From positions 22,371 to 86,370 of IMG/VR virus record IMGVR_UViG_2872922060_000001: 64,000 nucleotides of DNA, one strand, 5' to 3'. Below the pieces are notes generated by a model, which saw nothing but the letters and a program-made list of their open reading frames with translations, ran no database searches and was not told the DNA's origin. The translations under genes were made by a program, and so were the position numbers. The stretch is from a virus. Lineage: Duplodnaviria; Caudoviricetes. This document shows positions 1-9,073 of the stretch, piece after piece (position 1 is the stretch's first letter; each line of letters starts with the position of its first letter).

Positions 1-738
1 ACGGAGATCCGGCACCTGCCGCGTGTGTGGTGCGGAGCGTGCAAGAACTCCCGCGGTCAGGGTTGCCAGAAGCACCGCATGAGCAAGTGCGGGAAGTGCG
101 GGCAGCGGATGCCGGAGGGCGGGCACATCGACCTGGCGTACGTCGGGCATGCGGAGGCGACGAACCGGCTGCTGAACGTGGACCCGTTCTGGGACTGGGA
201 GCCTTTGACGGTCGACGAGCGGGGCCTGCCGCAGTTGGACGGCTACCGCGGTCTGTGGATCCGGCTGACGGTATGCGGGATGACTCGGCTCGGGTACGGG
301 CATGCCGGCGATAAGACGGGCGGTGACTCCGTCAAGGAGATCATCGGTGACGCGATCCGCAACGCCGGCATGCGGTTCGGCATGGCGCTGGACCTGTGGA
401 CCACTTCTGATCTGGAGATCATCGAGTCCGGCGGTGACTCTCTCGAGCAGGACGCCGTCGGTGAGCAGGAGGACAGGAAGCGTCAGGAGACGGCCCCGGC
501 GCCGGCCGGTCAGGGTGTCGACCACCTCGCGCGGCTGCGGTCGCAGGTTTCTGAGTGCTGGGACAACTCGCTGGCTTTGGCGCAGATCGTCTTGGACGCG
601 GAGAAGTGCCGGGTTGCCGACCAGGAGGTGCCGCTGAAGACGGGTGGGACCGCGACGCTCCGGGACTTGTTGAACGCCCGCATCACCGAACTCGGCCAGG
701 CCGCGCAGGGCGGCAGCACGGAGAGGAGCGCCGCCTGA
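1..738 (+). CDS. Rad52/Sak-like ssDNA annealing protein with Cys-rich insert (5' partial)
   Basis: Motifs LAYVGHAE..RLLNVDP.WDWEP, LWIRLTVCG.TR.GYG, KE.IGDAIRNAGMRFG.ALDLW; frame is open from position 1. Confidence 0.75.
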   Translation, partial: TEIRHLPRVWCGACKNSRGQGCQKHRMSKCGKCGQRMPEGGHIDLAYVGHAEATNRLLNVDPFWDWEPLTVDERGLPQLDGYRGLWIRLTVCGMTRLGYGHAGDKTGGDSVKEIIGDAIRNAGMRFGMALDLWTTSDLEIIESGGDSLEQDAVGEQEDRKRQETAPAPAGQGVDHLARLRSQVSECWDNSLALAQIVLDAEKCRVADQEVPLKTGGTATLRDLLNARITELGQAAQGGSTERSAA

Positions 739-2024
739 TGGCCGATCCCACCGAGATCGTCGACCTGTTCCGAGGGCCTGGCGGCTGGTCGGAGGGCCTG
801 CGCATGCTGGGGCTCGCCGACATCGGCCTGGAGTGGGACTCGGCTGCCGCCCGGACCGCCCACGCTGCCGGCCATCTGGGCATCCAGTGCGATGTGGCCC
901 AGTACCCCACCCGGCCGTTCGCTGGCCGCATCAAGGGCAAGATCTCGTCGCCCCCCTGCCAGCCCTGGTCCCGCGCCGGAAAGCGTGCCGGACTCGTCGA
1001 CCAGGCCCTCGTGCAGCAGGCTGTTCATGACCTCGCCCACGGCCGCGACACCCGCACCGAACTGCGGGCCGCCTGCAAGGACGACAAGTCGCTGCTCGCT
1101 GCCGAACCTATGCGCTGGATTTGCGACCTACGCCCCGAATGGATCTGTATGGAGCAGGTCCCCGACGTGCTGCCGCTGTGGAAGCAGTACACCCTGTACC
1201 TCCAGCAGTGGGGTTACAGCACGTGGGCGGGGATTCTGAACGCCGCTGACTATGGGGTGCCGCAGACCCGCAAGCGCGCCATCCTCATCGCTTCCCGCGT
1301 CCGGTCGGTCACCGCCCCGGCGCCGACCCACGCGAAGGCGCCCGAGCTCGACCTGTTCGGCGAGTGCCTTCAGCCGTGGGTGTCCATGGCCGAGGCGCTC
1401 GGCTGGACGGCGGGGCTCACGGTGAACACCCGCGGCGAGCGCAAGACCCCGGGGGGCAACGAATTCCCCGCCGACCAGCCGTCATGGGCGCTCACCGAGA
1501 AGACCCGCTCATGGGTGCTGCACACCAACCGTGACCAGCGTGCGGACGGCAGCAGGCAGACCGCCGACCCCTACGCCGGCCCGGCCCCGACCTTCACCGT
1601 TAAGTCCGGCGGCCAGTGGGTGCTGCGCAACGGAAACCAGCCGAACGCGGCGATACGGACCGTTGACGAGCCGGCGCGAACCATGGCGTTCGGTAACAAC
1701 TCGGCCCGCATCGAATGGGTCCAGCAGCGCCCGGCAACCACGGTCTGCGCCACCGACCGCATCTCCCCGCCCGGCCACCGCAACCGCGACGCGGGCGGCG
1801 AATCCCAGTTCGCCAGCCCCGACACCGTCCGCATCACCGTCGCCGAAGCCGCGGTCCTCCAGTCGTTCCGGCCGGACTACCCGTTCCAGGGCACGAAGAC
1901 GGCGAAATTTACCCAAATTGGGAACGCCGTTCCGCCCCTTCTTGCGGCAGCAGTGGTCGGGGCGGCGACCGGCTTGGACTGGCAGGCCGCCGTTCAGGGT
2001 GAGGAGGAGCGCCGTGTCGCTTGA
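738..2024 (+). CDS. C5 cytosine DNA methyltransferase
   Basis: Motif I DLFRGPGG, IV SPPCQ, VI MEQVP, VIII QTRKR, X IGNAVPP; ATG overlaps the upstream stop (TGATG). Confidence 0.92.
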   Translation: MADPTEIVDLFRGPGGWSEGLRMLGLADIGLEWDSAAARTAHAAGHLGIQCDVAQYPTRPFAGRIKGKISSPPCQPWSRAGKRAGLVDQALVQQAVHDLAHGRDTRTELRAACKDDKSLLAAEPMRWICDLRPEWICMEQVPDVLPLWKQYTLYLQQWGYSTWAGILNAADYGVPQTRKRAILIASRVRSVTAPAPTHAKAPELDLFGECLQPWVSMAEALGWTAGLTVNTRGERKTPGGNEFPADQPSWALTEKTRSWVLHTNRDQRADGSRQTADPYAGPAPTFTVKSGGQWVLRNGNQPNAAIRTVDEPARTMAFGNNSARIEWVQQRPATTVCATDRISPPGHRNRDAGGESQFASPDTVRITVAEAAVLQSFRPDYPFQGTKTAKFTQIGNAVPPLLAAAVVGAATGLDWQAAVQGEEERRVA

Positions 2025-2553
2025 ATCTCGCTTCTGGGCGAAGGTCGAAAGGCGTGAGGCAGACGCCTGCTGGGAATGGAAGGGCGCGCGTAACGAGCAC
2101 GGCTATGGCGTAATGCGGCCTGAGGGTCAGCGCTCCGGACCGACCGTGAAAGCCCACCGCGTATCCCTGACGCTGGCCAGCATCGATGTGGCCGGCCGCG
2201 TCGTGCTTCACTCCTGCGACAACCCGCCGTGCGTCAACCCCGCGCACCTGAGGGTTGGCACCCAGCGCGACAACGTGGCCGACATGCACGAGAAGGGCCG
2301 CGGCAACTGCGGCTCTGTCAACGGCCAAGCCAAGCTGACCGAAGCCGATGTCGAACTCATCCGCCTGTGGCTGGCCCTTGGCGTGTCCCAGAAGGAGCTG
2401 AGGATCTTCTACGGCATATCCGCCGGAACGATGTCGAGTCTTGCGAACGGCAAGACGTGGCGGCACGTGACCGTGCCGCCGCTGCTGGCCGCGCACGTCG
2501 TGTCCGCCGCGACCGGCATCCCGCTCCAGCAACAGACCCGTCTGGCTGCCTGA
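2014..2553 (+). CDS. HNH homing endonuclease with C-terminal HTH; tail derived from the methyltransferase end
   Basis: RFWAKV, CWEWKG, AHRVS, VLHSCDNPPCVNPAHL, GTQRDN, KLTE; RBS GAGGAG before GTG. Confidence 0.9.
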   Translation: MSLESRFWAKVERREADACWEWKGARNEHGYGVMRPEGQRSGPTVKAHRVSLTLASIDVAGRVVLHSCDNPPCVNPAHLRVGTQRDNVADMHEKGRGNCGSVNGQAKLTEADVELIRLWLALGVSQKELRIFYGISAGTMSSLANGKTWRHVTVPPLLAAHVVSAATGIPLQQQTRLAA

Positions 2554-2631
2554 GCGCTGGGGCCGTGAAAGCCCGGCTGTACCGCCGGTTCCTGTTGTTG
2601 TTCCTTCCCCCTTGTTGTGGAGGTGAGCGCT

Positions 2632-2919
2632 GTGGCGCGAGCCATGACGACCGCCGCGGTGCTCACCGCGGCGGTCGCCGTTTATGCCCTCGTGGTGCGC
2701 CGTGAACGGCGGCTGCGCCGGGAGGCGGTGTCGCAGCGGCTGATGGCCGGCTGTGTGCAGAGAGACAACACCGCCCTACGGGACCAGTTGGAGGGGTTCC
2801 GGCGGCGCCTGGCGGTGGAGATGGCCCAGCAGTCGGTGGTGGCTGCGGCGGTGGTGGTGTTGGACGACGCCTTGTCGGGGCGGTCGTCTCGTGATGCGTC
2901 TACGGAAGGAGGCCCGTGA
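2632..2919 (+). CDS. Membrane-anchored coiled-coil hypothetical protein
   Basis: GGAGG RBS, N-terminal hydrophobic helix, overlap with next gene. Confidence 0.6.
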   Translation: MARAMTTAAVLTAAVAVYALVVRRERRLRREAVSQRLMAGCVQRDNTALRDQLEGFRRRLAVEMAQQSVVAAAVVVLDDALSGRSSRDASTEGGP

Positions 2920-3743
2920 TGGATTCGATGGCTCTCAGGCAGGCGTGGGAGGAGCACCCCTACTTCCGGTATCGGGGGTGTGCTCCGGATGTGGATGAGC
3001 CGGGCCGGGCGGCGGGGGATTTGTCGCTGTCGTTGGATGCGTGGCATGGGGAGGACCGGGATGGTCCGGAGGAGCCGCGGGAGCGGGAGGCCCGGCAGGC
3101 TGCGGCGGTCGAGGTGTGCTTGTCGTGTCCGGTGATGGTGCAGTGCGATGCGTATGCGTCGTCGGTGGTGGTGGAGGGTGGTCAGGCGCGTCTGGCGGAG
3201 CCGGCGGGGATCTGGGGTGGCCGTACGGCGTTGGAGCGGCATCGGGTGTTCATCCGGCAGCGGCATGAGGTGGCGGTTCCGGCGCCTGTGCGGTTGATGA
3301 GGACGCGGCAGAAGTTGCGGGTGCTGGAGGCGCTGGCCCGGCATGTGGATGCGGAGGCTGTGGCGGCCGCGGCGGGGATGGACGTGCGGACCGCGAACTG
3401 GCAGCGGTCTCGGCTGGTGACGCAGCTGAGTCTGGACAAGCGGACCGCGACGCGTGCCGAGTTGCTGGAGGCGGCGGTGGAGCGGGGCTTGTTGGACGGG
3501 TCGTTGGTGGTGGCGGATGACGGCTCGGTGCCGGCGGTGCCGCCGCCTGCTGCGCCGCCCCGGGTCGCGTCTTCCCTGGGTGTCGTGGAGGGGTCTGGGG
3601 CTGTGGCTCCGGCCGTGTTGAAGGGCCGTGTCCGTCGGCCTCGCCGGGTGCAGGTGATACCCGGCCAGCTGGTTCTGTTCGGCGAGGGTCTCGCCGGTGT
3701 CGTTTCGTTCCCCGTTTCTGAGCCGTTGGAGGCTGCCGCATGA
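2916..3743 (+). CDS. WhiB-family regulator fused to an HTH-like domain
   Basis: C...CLSCPVMVQC, GIWGG turn. Confidence 0.8.
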   Translation: MMDSMALRQAWEEHPYFRYRGCAPDVDEPGRAAGDLSLSLDAWHGEDRDGPEEPREREARQAAAVEVCLSCPVMVQCDAYASSVVVEGGQARLAEPAGIWGGRTALERHRVFIRQRHEVAVPAPVRLMRTRQKLRVLEALARHVDAEAVAAAAGMDVRTANWQRSRLVTQLSLDKRTATRAELLEAAVERGLLDGSLVVADDGSVPAVPPPAAPPRVASSLGVVEGSGAVAPAVLKGRVRRPRRVQVIPGQLVLFGEGLAGVVSFPVSEPLEAAA

Positions 3744-4174
3744 ACCGCCCCCCTGCTACTACCCCCGCTGACGGCGCCGAGGACGGGACGGTCGTCGAGG
3801 ACGCAGCTGTCGAGACGATGATGGCGGATGCGGTGCTCACGGGCCGGAACATGGGTGCGGGCGCGTACATCGCCGGGATTCTGACGGGAGCGCAGGCGGC
3901 GACGGCACCGACCCCGCAGGCGTTGCTGAAGGACATGTGGCCGGGCGTGGATCCGGCGGTGGTGCAGGCGATCTATGAGCGGGGGGTGGAGGTGGGGTGG
4001 CGTGGCCATGCCTTGTATCAGGCGCCGCGTCTGTCTGGGGCTGAGTTGGCGGAGGCTCAGGAGCGGTTGCGGGCGGCGGGGTTCGAGGCGATGCGGGGGT
4101 TGGTGGCCCGGTCGCGTGAGCTGGCGGGGCGGCGGCTGCATCCGGCGGATGGGGAGGCGGCGGGCGGCCACTGA
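3740..4174 (+). CDS. Hypothetical protein
   Basis: ATGA overlap with upstream gene; high GC3. Confidence 0.7.
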   Translation: MNRPPATTPADGAEDGTVVEDAAVETMMADAVLTGRNMGAGAYIAGILTGAQAATAPTPQALLKDMWPGVDPAVVQAIYERGVEVGWRGHALYQAPRLSGAELAEAQERLRAAGFEAMRGLVARSRELAGRRLHPADGEAAGGH

Positions 4175-4412
4175 CGGGTGTTGGTGGTGTGACTTGTTGT
4201 ACAGACGACACGATTTGTGTGGGAGGGGACAGGTGACGAGGTCAACCGGTAGGCTGAGCCTTGCGTCAGACGTGCAGTCAGTTGCGAGGCCGCACGGAGG
4301 TCGCTCAGAAAAGTCGGAAGCCCCCGCTGCCACCGTGGTGGCGGTCCCGGTTTGCGAAGCCGGGACGCGAGGGCTGTCGACACTCACCGCGCTAACGAAT
4401 GAAGGTGCCGAC

Positions 4413-4538
4413 GTGGCAAAGCGTACCCGGGGTACTTCCCCTCATGACAGGTGGCTCCGAAGTTTCTGCGGATCCGGCGTGAAGATCACACCGCCGACGC
4501 AGCCGGGCCCTGTCCCTTCTACTCCCACAGTCGCGTGA
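4413..4538 (+). CDS. Putative leader peptide
   Basis: AAGGTG RBS, follows hairpins, GTGA overlap with next ORF. Confidence 0.35.
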   Translation: MAKRTRGTSPHDRWLRSFCGSGVKITPPTQPGPVPSTPTVA

Positions 4539-4960
4539 CGCGCCGGGCGGCCGCCATCGAGGTGGCCGACTACCACGACGAAGTCGCGCAGTTCGAGCGC
4601 ACGCGCTCTGCCGACTACCACCCCGCGAAGGCCAACGAGCCGCGCCGCGTCCTCACCCTGCGAGGCGGGGTGCTGGCCGGAGCGAACAATGGCGAGGGCC
4701 GCGGCGACTGGGCCCACCGGCCCAACGTCGCCGTCCACACCGCAGTAACCGGATCCGGCTACGCCTACGGCACGTCCGTCGCAGCGTGCAACGGATCCCT
4801 GGAGCTGGGGCACAACGCCGAACTTTCAGCTCTCGTAGTGGTCAGCACCGTGGACGACCGGCTGTTGTGTCAGCGCCCAGCATGCCGCGCCATGCGCGAT
4901 CAAGCTTCTGCGCCTGTTCCGGCGCAGACCCCACCCATTGAGGGAGATCGAGTGACGTAG
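4535..4960 (+). CDS. Hypothetical protein
   Basis: GTGA overlap; start uncertain (4451 is an alternative). Confidence 0.55.
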   Translation: MTRRAAAIEVADYHDEVAQFERTRSADYHPAKANEPRRVLTLRGGVLAGANNGEGRGDWAHRPNVAVHTAVTGSGYAYGTSVAACNGSLELGHNAELSALVVVSTVDDRLLCQRPACRAMRDQASAPVPAQTPPIEGDRVT

Positions 4961-4970
4961 CGAGTAGCTG

Positions 4971-5113
4971 AGGCGGGAGGTCCCTGGGCCCCTTGGCGGG
5001 GGCTCATCCTCTACCGCCTGGCCGCTGGTGTTGGCGCACCGTGCGCGGCCTTCGTTCCACGGCCCGGAGTTGGCGCTCCGAGCTAAGGCCCGTCTCTTCC
5101 GGTTGGCAGCCGG
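4971..5113 (+). promoter_or_regulatory. Structured repA leader with four TTGGC(G/A)-loop hairpins
   Basis: GGGCCCC-TTGGCG-GGGGCTC (4986-5005), GGTG-TTGGCG-CACC (5027-5040), CGGAG-TTGGCG-CTCCG (5065-5080), CCGG-TTGGCAG-CCGG (5099-5113). Confidence 0.7.
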
Positions 5114-5206
5114 CCGAGTCGAGCGAAGTGCTTCTTCCACCGAAGCGAACCACCCACCGAAGCGGGGGCCCTTTTGTGCCTCCGCGTTACCGGAAGCAGG
5201 TTCATA

Positions 5207-6688
5207 GTGCCTCAGCGCACCCCTTCTTGTCAGCTTGGCAACCCGGTAGCGCCCGAAACGCGAGGAATCTCCCCCCGCGCGGGCGACACCCAGCGCCCCC
5301 AGAACACCCCCGACACGCACACCCCCACCCCCACTTTCGAACACCCGACCGATTACAGTGACAGCCACGGTCGTGGCGGCAGCCTCCCGGTGATCGCAGC
5401 TAGCCAGCAATGGCTGCACGCCACGACCGGCCGCATCACCACCTGCCCCCACTCCTGGATGACCGCCGTCCACTGGGTCGACCAGCTCGCGACCAAAGGC
5501 CACTACACGCCCACCCAGAAGCACGGCCCGAAGTGGGGACCCACCACGGTCGCCATCGCGCAGGAGATCGCCGCGCTGAAGGAGTGCCGGCCGTCCGTCG
5601 ACTACCTCGCCCGCAAGCTGAAGGTGTCCGAGCGGACCGTGAAGTACCACCTGGCGATGCTCCGCGAGACCGGGCTGCTGGTGTACCGCACCAAGGGCAC
5701 CCGCCTCCGCGGCGAAGGCAACCGGGCGTCCGTCTTCGAGCGGACCATCCCCGCCGTGTTCGACGAGGACATGGGCATCCGCACGGTCGGGGAGGGTGCA
5801 ACGCGCCGGCCGGTCGGCGCCGCACCGGAGTCCCGCACCTTGCTGGGCAAGCTCGCGAAGAAGGCCGCCCGGAAGGTCCGCCGCACCCGTCGCCGCGCCC
5901 CTGCTTCGCGCGGGCAGCGTTGCACCCTAATGCAGGGGGGTACTACTGGCACTTCTACTGCGGCTGGTACTCACTCTCCCTCTGAGGCAGAGCTCGCAAG
6001 CGGGAAAGCCAAGTCCCCCACCCCGAAGTCGTCCAAGCGCGGCACCCGCACCCTGAACAAGGTCGGTCGCCGTTACCAGCTCGCCCGCCAGCTCATCGCC
6101 CAGGTGCCCTGGCTCCGCGGCGCCTCCGTCGCCCGCATCGCGTGGATCGTCCGCCACGTCGCCGACGCCGGCTGGACCGCCCTCGAAGTCCAGGCCGCCG
6201 CCGAACGCCTCGTCTGCGACAAGGAGCCGCGCCGCCCGTCCGCCGTCCTCGCGTACCGGCTCGCGTCCTGCCACCTGCTGTACACCACCCCCGAGCGGCG
6301 CCGGGTCCTGGTGGAGGACTGGCAGGACTCCCGCCGCGCCCAGCAGACCCGCCACGACGAGCACGCCTTCCAAGACCTCGGCACCGGCCCCCGCAGCGTC
6401 GCCGCCCGCCGCGCCGTGGACGAGGCGTTCGCCGCGATCCAGGCCCGCCTCGCCCCCGCCGTGGAGGAACCCGCCGACCAGGCACCGCTGATGCTCGAGG
6501 ACCTCACCAAGGACGAGATCGTCGCCCTGCGCCTGGACGCCATGCGGGACCCGGCGCTGATCCTGTCCGCGCTCGAGCTGCTCGGCGAACGCGACACCCG
6601 CCGCCTGTACACCAACCGCCTCGTCGACCAGACCCTCGCCCTCGAGACCATCCACGCCCGCCGCGACACCCTCGCCCCCGCCTTCTGA
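5207..6688 (+). CDS. Plasmid replication initiator (winged HTH)
   Basis: wHTH PSVDYLARKLKVSERTVKYHL..LRETGLL; lies near parAB and DciA, with a structured leader; start uncertain. Confidence 0.7.
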   Translation: MPQRTPSCQLGNPVAPETRGISPRAGDTQRPQNTPDTHTPTPTFEHPTDYSDSHGRGGSLPVIAASQQWLHATTGRITTCPHSWMTAVHWVDQLATKGHYTPTQKHGPKWGPTTVAIAQEIAALKECRPSVDYLARKLKVSERTVKYHLAMLRETGLLVYRTKGTRLRGEGNRASVFERTIPAVFDEDMGIRTVGEGATRRPVGAAPESRTLLGKLAKKAARKVRRTRRRAPASRGQRCTLMQGGTTGTSTAAGTHSPSEAELASGKAKSPTPKSSKRGTRTLNKVGRRYQLARQLIAQVPWLRGASVARIAWIVRHVADAGWTALEVQAAAERLVCDKEPRRPSAVLAYRLASCHLLYTTPERRRVLVEDWQDSRRAQQTRHDEHAFQDLGTGPRSVAARRAVDEAFAAIQARLAPAVEEPADQAPLMLEDLTKDEIVALRLDAMRDPALILSALELLGERDTRRLYTNRLVDQTLALETIHARRDTLAPAF

Positions 6689-6698
6689 GGAGACCGCG

Positions 6699-7031
6699 AT
6701 GCCCGAAACCCCCGGCCACGTCGACTTCCAGACCATGCCGCTCGCCAACGGCGGCACCTGGACCCGCCTGTCCCGCCTGACCGACGGCCGCGTCATGTGC
6801 TGCCTCTGCTTCGAGTACGTCACCCGTGACCAGCTCAACCCCGTTGACGGTGGCGTGGAAGACGTCTGCACGACCTGCGCTCGCAAGGAAGCCGCAGTAG
6901 CGAAACTCCCAGCGAGTGTGTGCCGAGTGACGCTGGACCCGGGCTGGGGCGGCGACATACAGGTCTGCACGCGCCCCAGAGGCCATGACGGCTACCACCG
7001 GGACGACCGCGCGATGGGAGAGCCGGCATGA
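6699..7031 (+). CDS. Zinc-ribbon hypothetical protein
   Basis: CCLC, CTTC, C..P.GH.G.H; GAGGAG RBS. Confidence 0.65.
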   Translation: MPETPGHVDFQTMPLANGGTWTRLSRLTDGRVMCCLCFEYVTRDQLNPVDGGVEDVCTTCARKEAAVAKLPASVCRVTLDPGWGGDIQVCTRPRGHDGYHRDDRAMGEPA

Positions 7032-7831
7032 CGGACACCCCGCAACTGTCCGGGAGGGACCTCGCCCGGCAGGCCCTCGCCGCCTACAAGGCCACCGCCC
7101 GCACTCAGCCCAGCACCCCCGCCAAGTCGGTCCGCAAGCGGACCGTCCGCCGCGGCCCCGGCCGCGACCCCGTCACCCTCGCCGACGCCATCACCGCCCT
7201 CGGAGCCGACCTGCCCCTCGACGCGGGCATCGCCGGCGGCAATCTCCTCGACCAGTGGCCCGCCCTCTGCCCCCAGTACGCCGACCGCGTCCATCCCGTC
7301 GCCTACGACGAACAGCGTGGCCGCCTCGACCTCCGCCCCGGCAGCCACGCCTACGCCGCCCAGCTCCAACTCCTCGGCGGACAACTCGCCAAACAGATCA
7401 ACGACAAACTCGGCCGCACCGTCGTCCGCAGCATCCGCGTCCTGCCCGTCGGCAACGTGCCCCAACACGACGCGTATACCGCGGTATACGCCGACCCCTC
7501 CGAGACGACCCAGCCGGAGGCGCCAGTGAAAACCCGGGAGACCGCCTCCGCCGGCTACCGGGCCGCCCTCGCCGCCGCACTCGCCCACAAACCGCCACGC
7601 GAACCGCAGAACCCGTACATCGCCGAAGCGATCCGCGCCCAGGACGCCGCCCTCCGCGCCAAGCGCCTGCCCGAGTCCGAAGACCGCGACGCCTACTGGG
7701 CACAACGAGACGCCGCGGAGAAAACCGGGCCCGAACCCGGCAGCATCGACGCGTCCATCGCCGCAGCGATCGCCCGCAAACGGCAAGAGCAGACCGGCAG
7801 CGAGCCCCGCCGGCTCTTCGGCGCCGCGTAG
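7028..7831 (+). CDS. DciA/DUF721-family protein with C-terminal extension
   Basis: LLDQWPAL..YADRVHPV.Y...GRL.L...SHAYAAQLQLL..QL..QIN..LG..VVRSIRV pattern. Confidence 0.75.
   Translation: MTDTPQLSGRDLARQALAAYKATARTQPSTPAKSVRKRTVRRGPGRDPVTLADAITALGADLPLDAGIAGGNLLDQWPALCPQYADRVHPVAYDEQRGRLDLRPGSHAYAAQLQLLGGQLAKQINDKLGRTVVRSIRVLPVGNVPQHDAYTAVYADPSETTQPEAPVKTRETASAGYRAALAAALAHKPPREPQNPYIAEAIRAQDAALRAKRLPESEDRDAYWAQRDAAEKTGPEPGSIDASIAAAIARKRQEQTGSEPRRLFGAA
7474..7489. repeat. parS candidate 1, GTATACCGCGGTATAC
   Basis: Perfect 16-bp palindrome, four copies around parAB. Confidence 0.8.
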
Positions 7832-7840
7832 GAGTCCGCC

Positions 7841-8272
7841 GTGCACCTCGCCCTCATCGCACTGACCGGTAGCCGTCGCTGGCCGGACGTGCCCCTACTC
7901 GAGGACACGCTGATGCTGGTCTGGCACGACGCCCTCCAGGACGGCTACACCGGCATCGAGCTCATGCACGGCTGCGCCGAAGGTGCCGACACCATCGGCG
8001 GCCAATGGGCCCGCCGCCACGGCATCCCCGTCCGGGAACGACCCGCCGACTGGCAAGGCCCCTGCGGGCCCGAGTGCCAGCCCGGCCACCGGCGCCGCAA
8101 CCGCCGCGGCCTCGACTACTGCCCCCTCGCCGGCCACCGCCGCAACCAGCAGATGGTCGACGAACGGCCAGCCCTGTTTGTGGCCGCCTCGTACCGGAGC
8201 TCCAGTGGCACCGCGGACTGTGTCCGCCGGGCTAAGGCAGCCGGGATCCCCGTGTACCAGATTCCGATCTGA
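7841..8272 (+). CDS. SLOG/DUF2493 (YspA-like) protein
   Basis: TGSR.W, HGCAEGAD, AGHRRNQQM, SSGTADC. Confidence 0.8.
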   Translation: MHLALIALTGSRRWPDVPLLEDTLMLVWHDALQDGYTGIELMHGCAEGADTIGGQWARRHGIPVRERPADWQGPCGPECQPGHRRRNRRGLDYCPLAGHRRNQQMVDERPALFVAASYRSSSGTADCVRRAKAAGIPVYQIPI

Positions 8273-8280
8273 GAAGGGCC

Positions 8281-8320
8281 TTGACTCCGCATACTCCGAC
8301 TATGCATACTCGGGGTATGC
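8281..8320 (+). promoter_or_regulatory. Promoter TTGACT-N18-CATACT with two overlapping GCATAC-N5-(G/C)TATGC palindromes; likely leaderless transcript
   Basis: -10 hexamer lies 6 nt before ATG 8317; tandem inverted repeats. Confidence 0.6.
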
Positions 8321-8721
8321 AGACGACGGAGCAGGGCATCATCAACCCGCTGAACCTCCCCCTCATCGACACCACCACCTACTCCCCCCTTCACGAGGTG
8401 CGCGACGAGGAACACCGCGACGCCATCGCCGCCGACATGCGCAAGCGCGGCTGGCACGGCGCCCCGCTGGTCGTACTGCCCGACTACCTGCTGTCCCTGA
8501 CGGGCGTACACCGACGCTCTGCCGCCGAACTGGCCGGGCTGGAGGAGATCCCCGGCGTCTCTCTGGAAGACCTCTTCGAGGCGTGCGGAACAGACCTGTG
8601 GGACGCGATCAACAGCGATGAGGAGTACATGAACGCCTCGTGCTACTACGACTACAGCCGCGTCATCGCCGACCACCTTCCCGAAGAGGTCATCGAGACC
8701 TACGGCCTGGACATGCACTGA
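8317..8721 (+). CDS. ParB/Srx-like domain protein
   Basis: PLHEV.DEEH.DAIAADM..RGW.G.PLVV, LTGVHR..AA. Confidence 0.65.
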   Translation: MQTTEQGIINPLNLPLIDTTTYSPLHEVRDEEHRDAIAADMRKRGWHGAPLVVLPDYLLSLTGVHRRSAAELAGLEEIPGVSLEDLFEACGTDLWDAINSDEEYMNASCYYDYSRVIADHLPEEVIETYGLDMH

Positions 8722-8776
8722 CCGACCCAGACCGCCTCACCCTCGACGACATCATCTGAACCCAAGGGGATCCCCG

Positions 8777-9073
8777 ATGACCACACCCACCACCGGCTAC
8801 GAGGCCGAACCGTCCGACGTTGCCGCCGAGGTCGCCTCCCACCTGGACGACATCACCGACCCGCTGGAGCGCTACCACCGGGCCACCGCCGCGCAGGCCC
8901 ACCACCAGGCGGTCGCCTCCAAGTTGCAGCAGGAGCGGGACAAGGCGCTCGCCCAGCTGAATGCGGACGGCGCCTCCTACGAGAAGCTTACGAGCCTGGT
9001 GCCGGGCATGACCCGCTCCGGGATCCAGAAAGCGGTGGAGCGCGGCCGGCGTCTGTCTCATGACCCCAGCTGA
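8777..9073 (+). CDS. Small HTH DNA-binding protein
   Basis: GASYEKLTSLVPGMTRSGIQKAV; RBS present. Confidence 0.7.
   Translation: MTTPTTGYEAEPSDVAAEVASHLDDITDPLERYHRATAAQAHHQAVASKLQQERDKALAQLNADGASYEKLTSLVPGMTRSGIQKAVERGRRLSHDPS

Noticed and set aside
738-2553. MTase plus HNH as a restriction-modification pair
   Set aside because: The duplicated MTase tail and homing-type HNH architecture point to insertion instead.
4971-5113. Multi-hairpin regions (also 39817-39931) as tRNA genes
   Set aside because: No T-loop GTTCRA in the right position, acceptor stem or CCA end.
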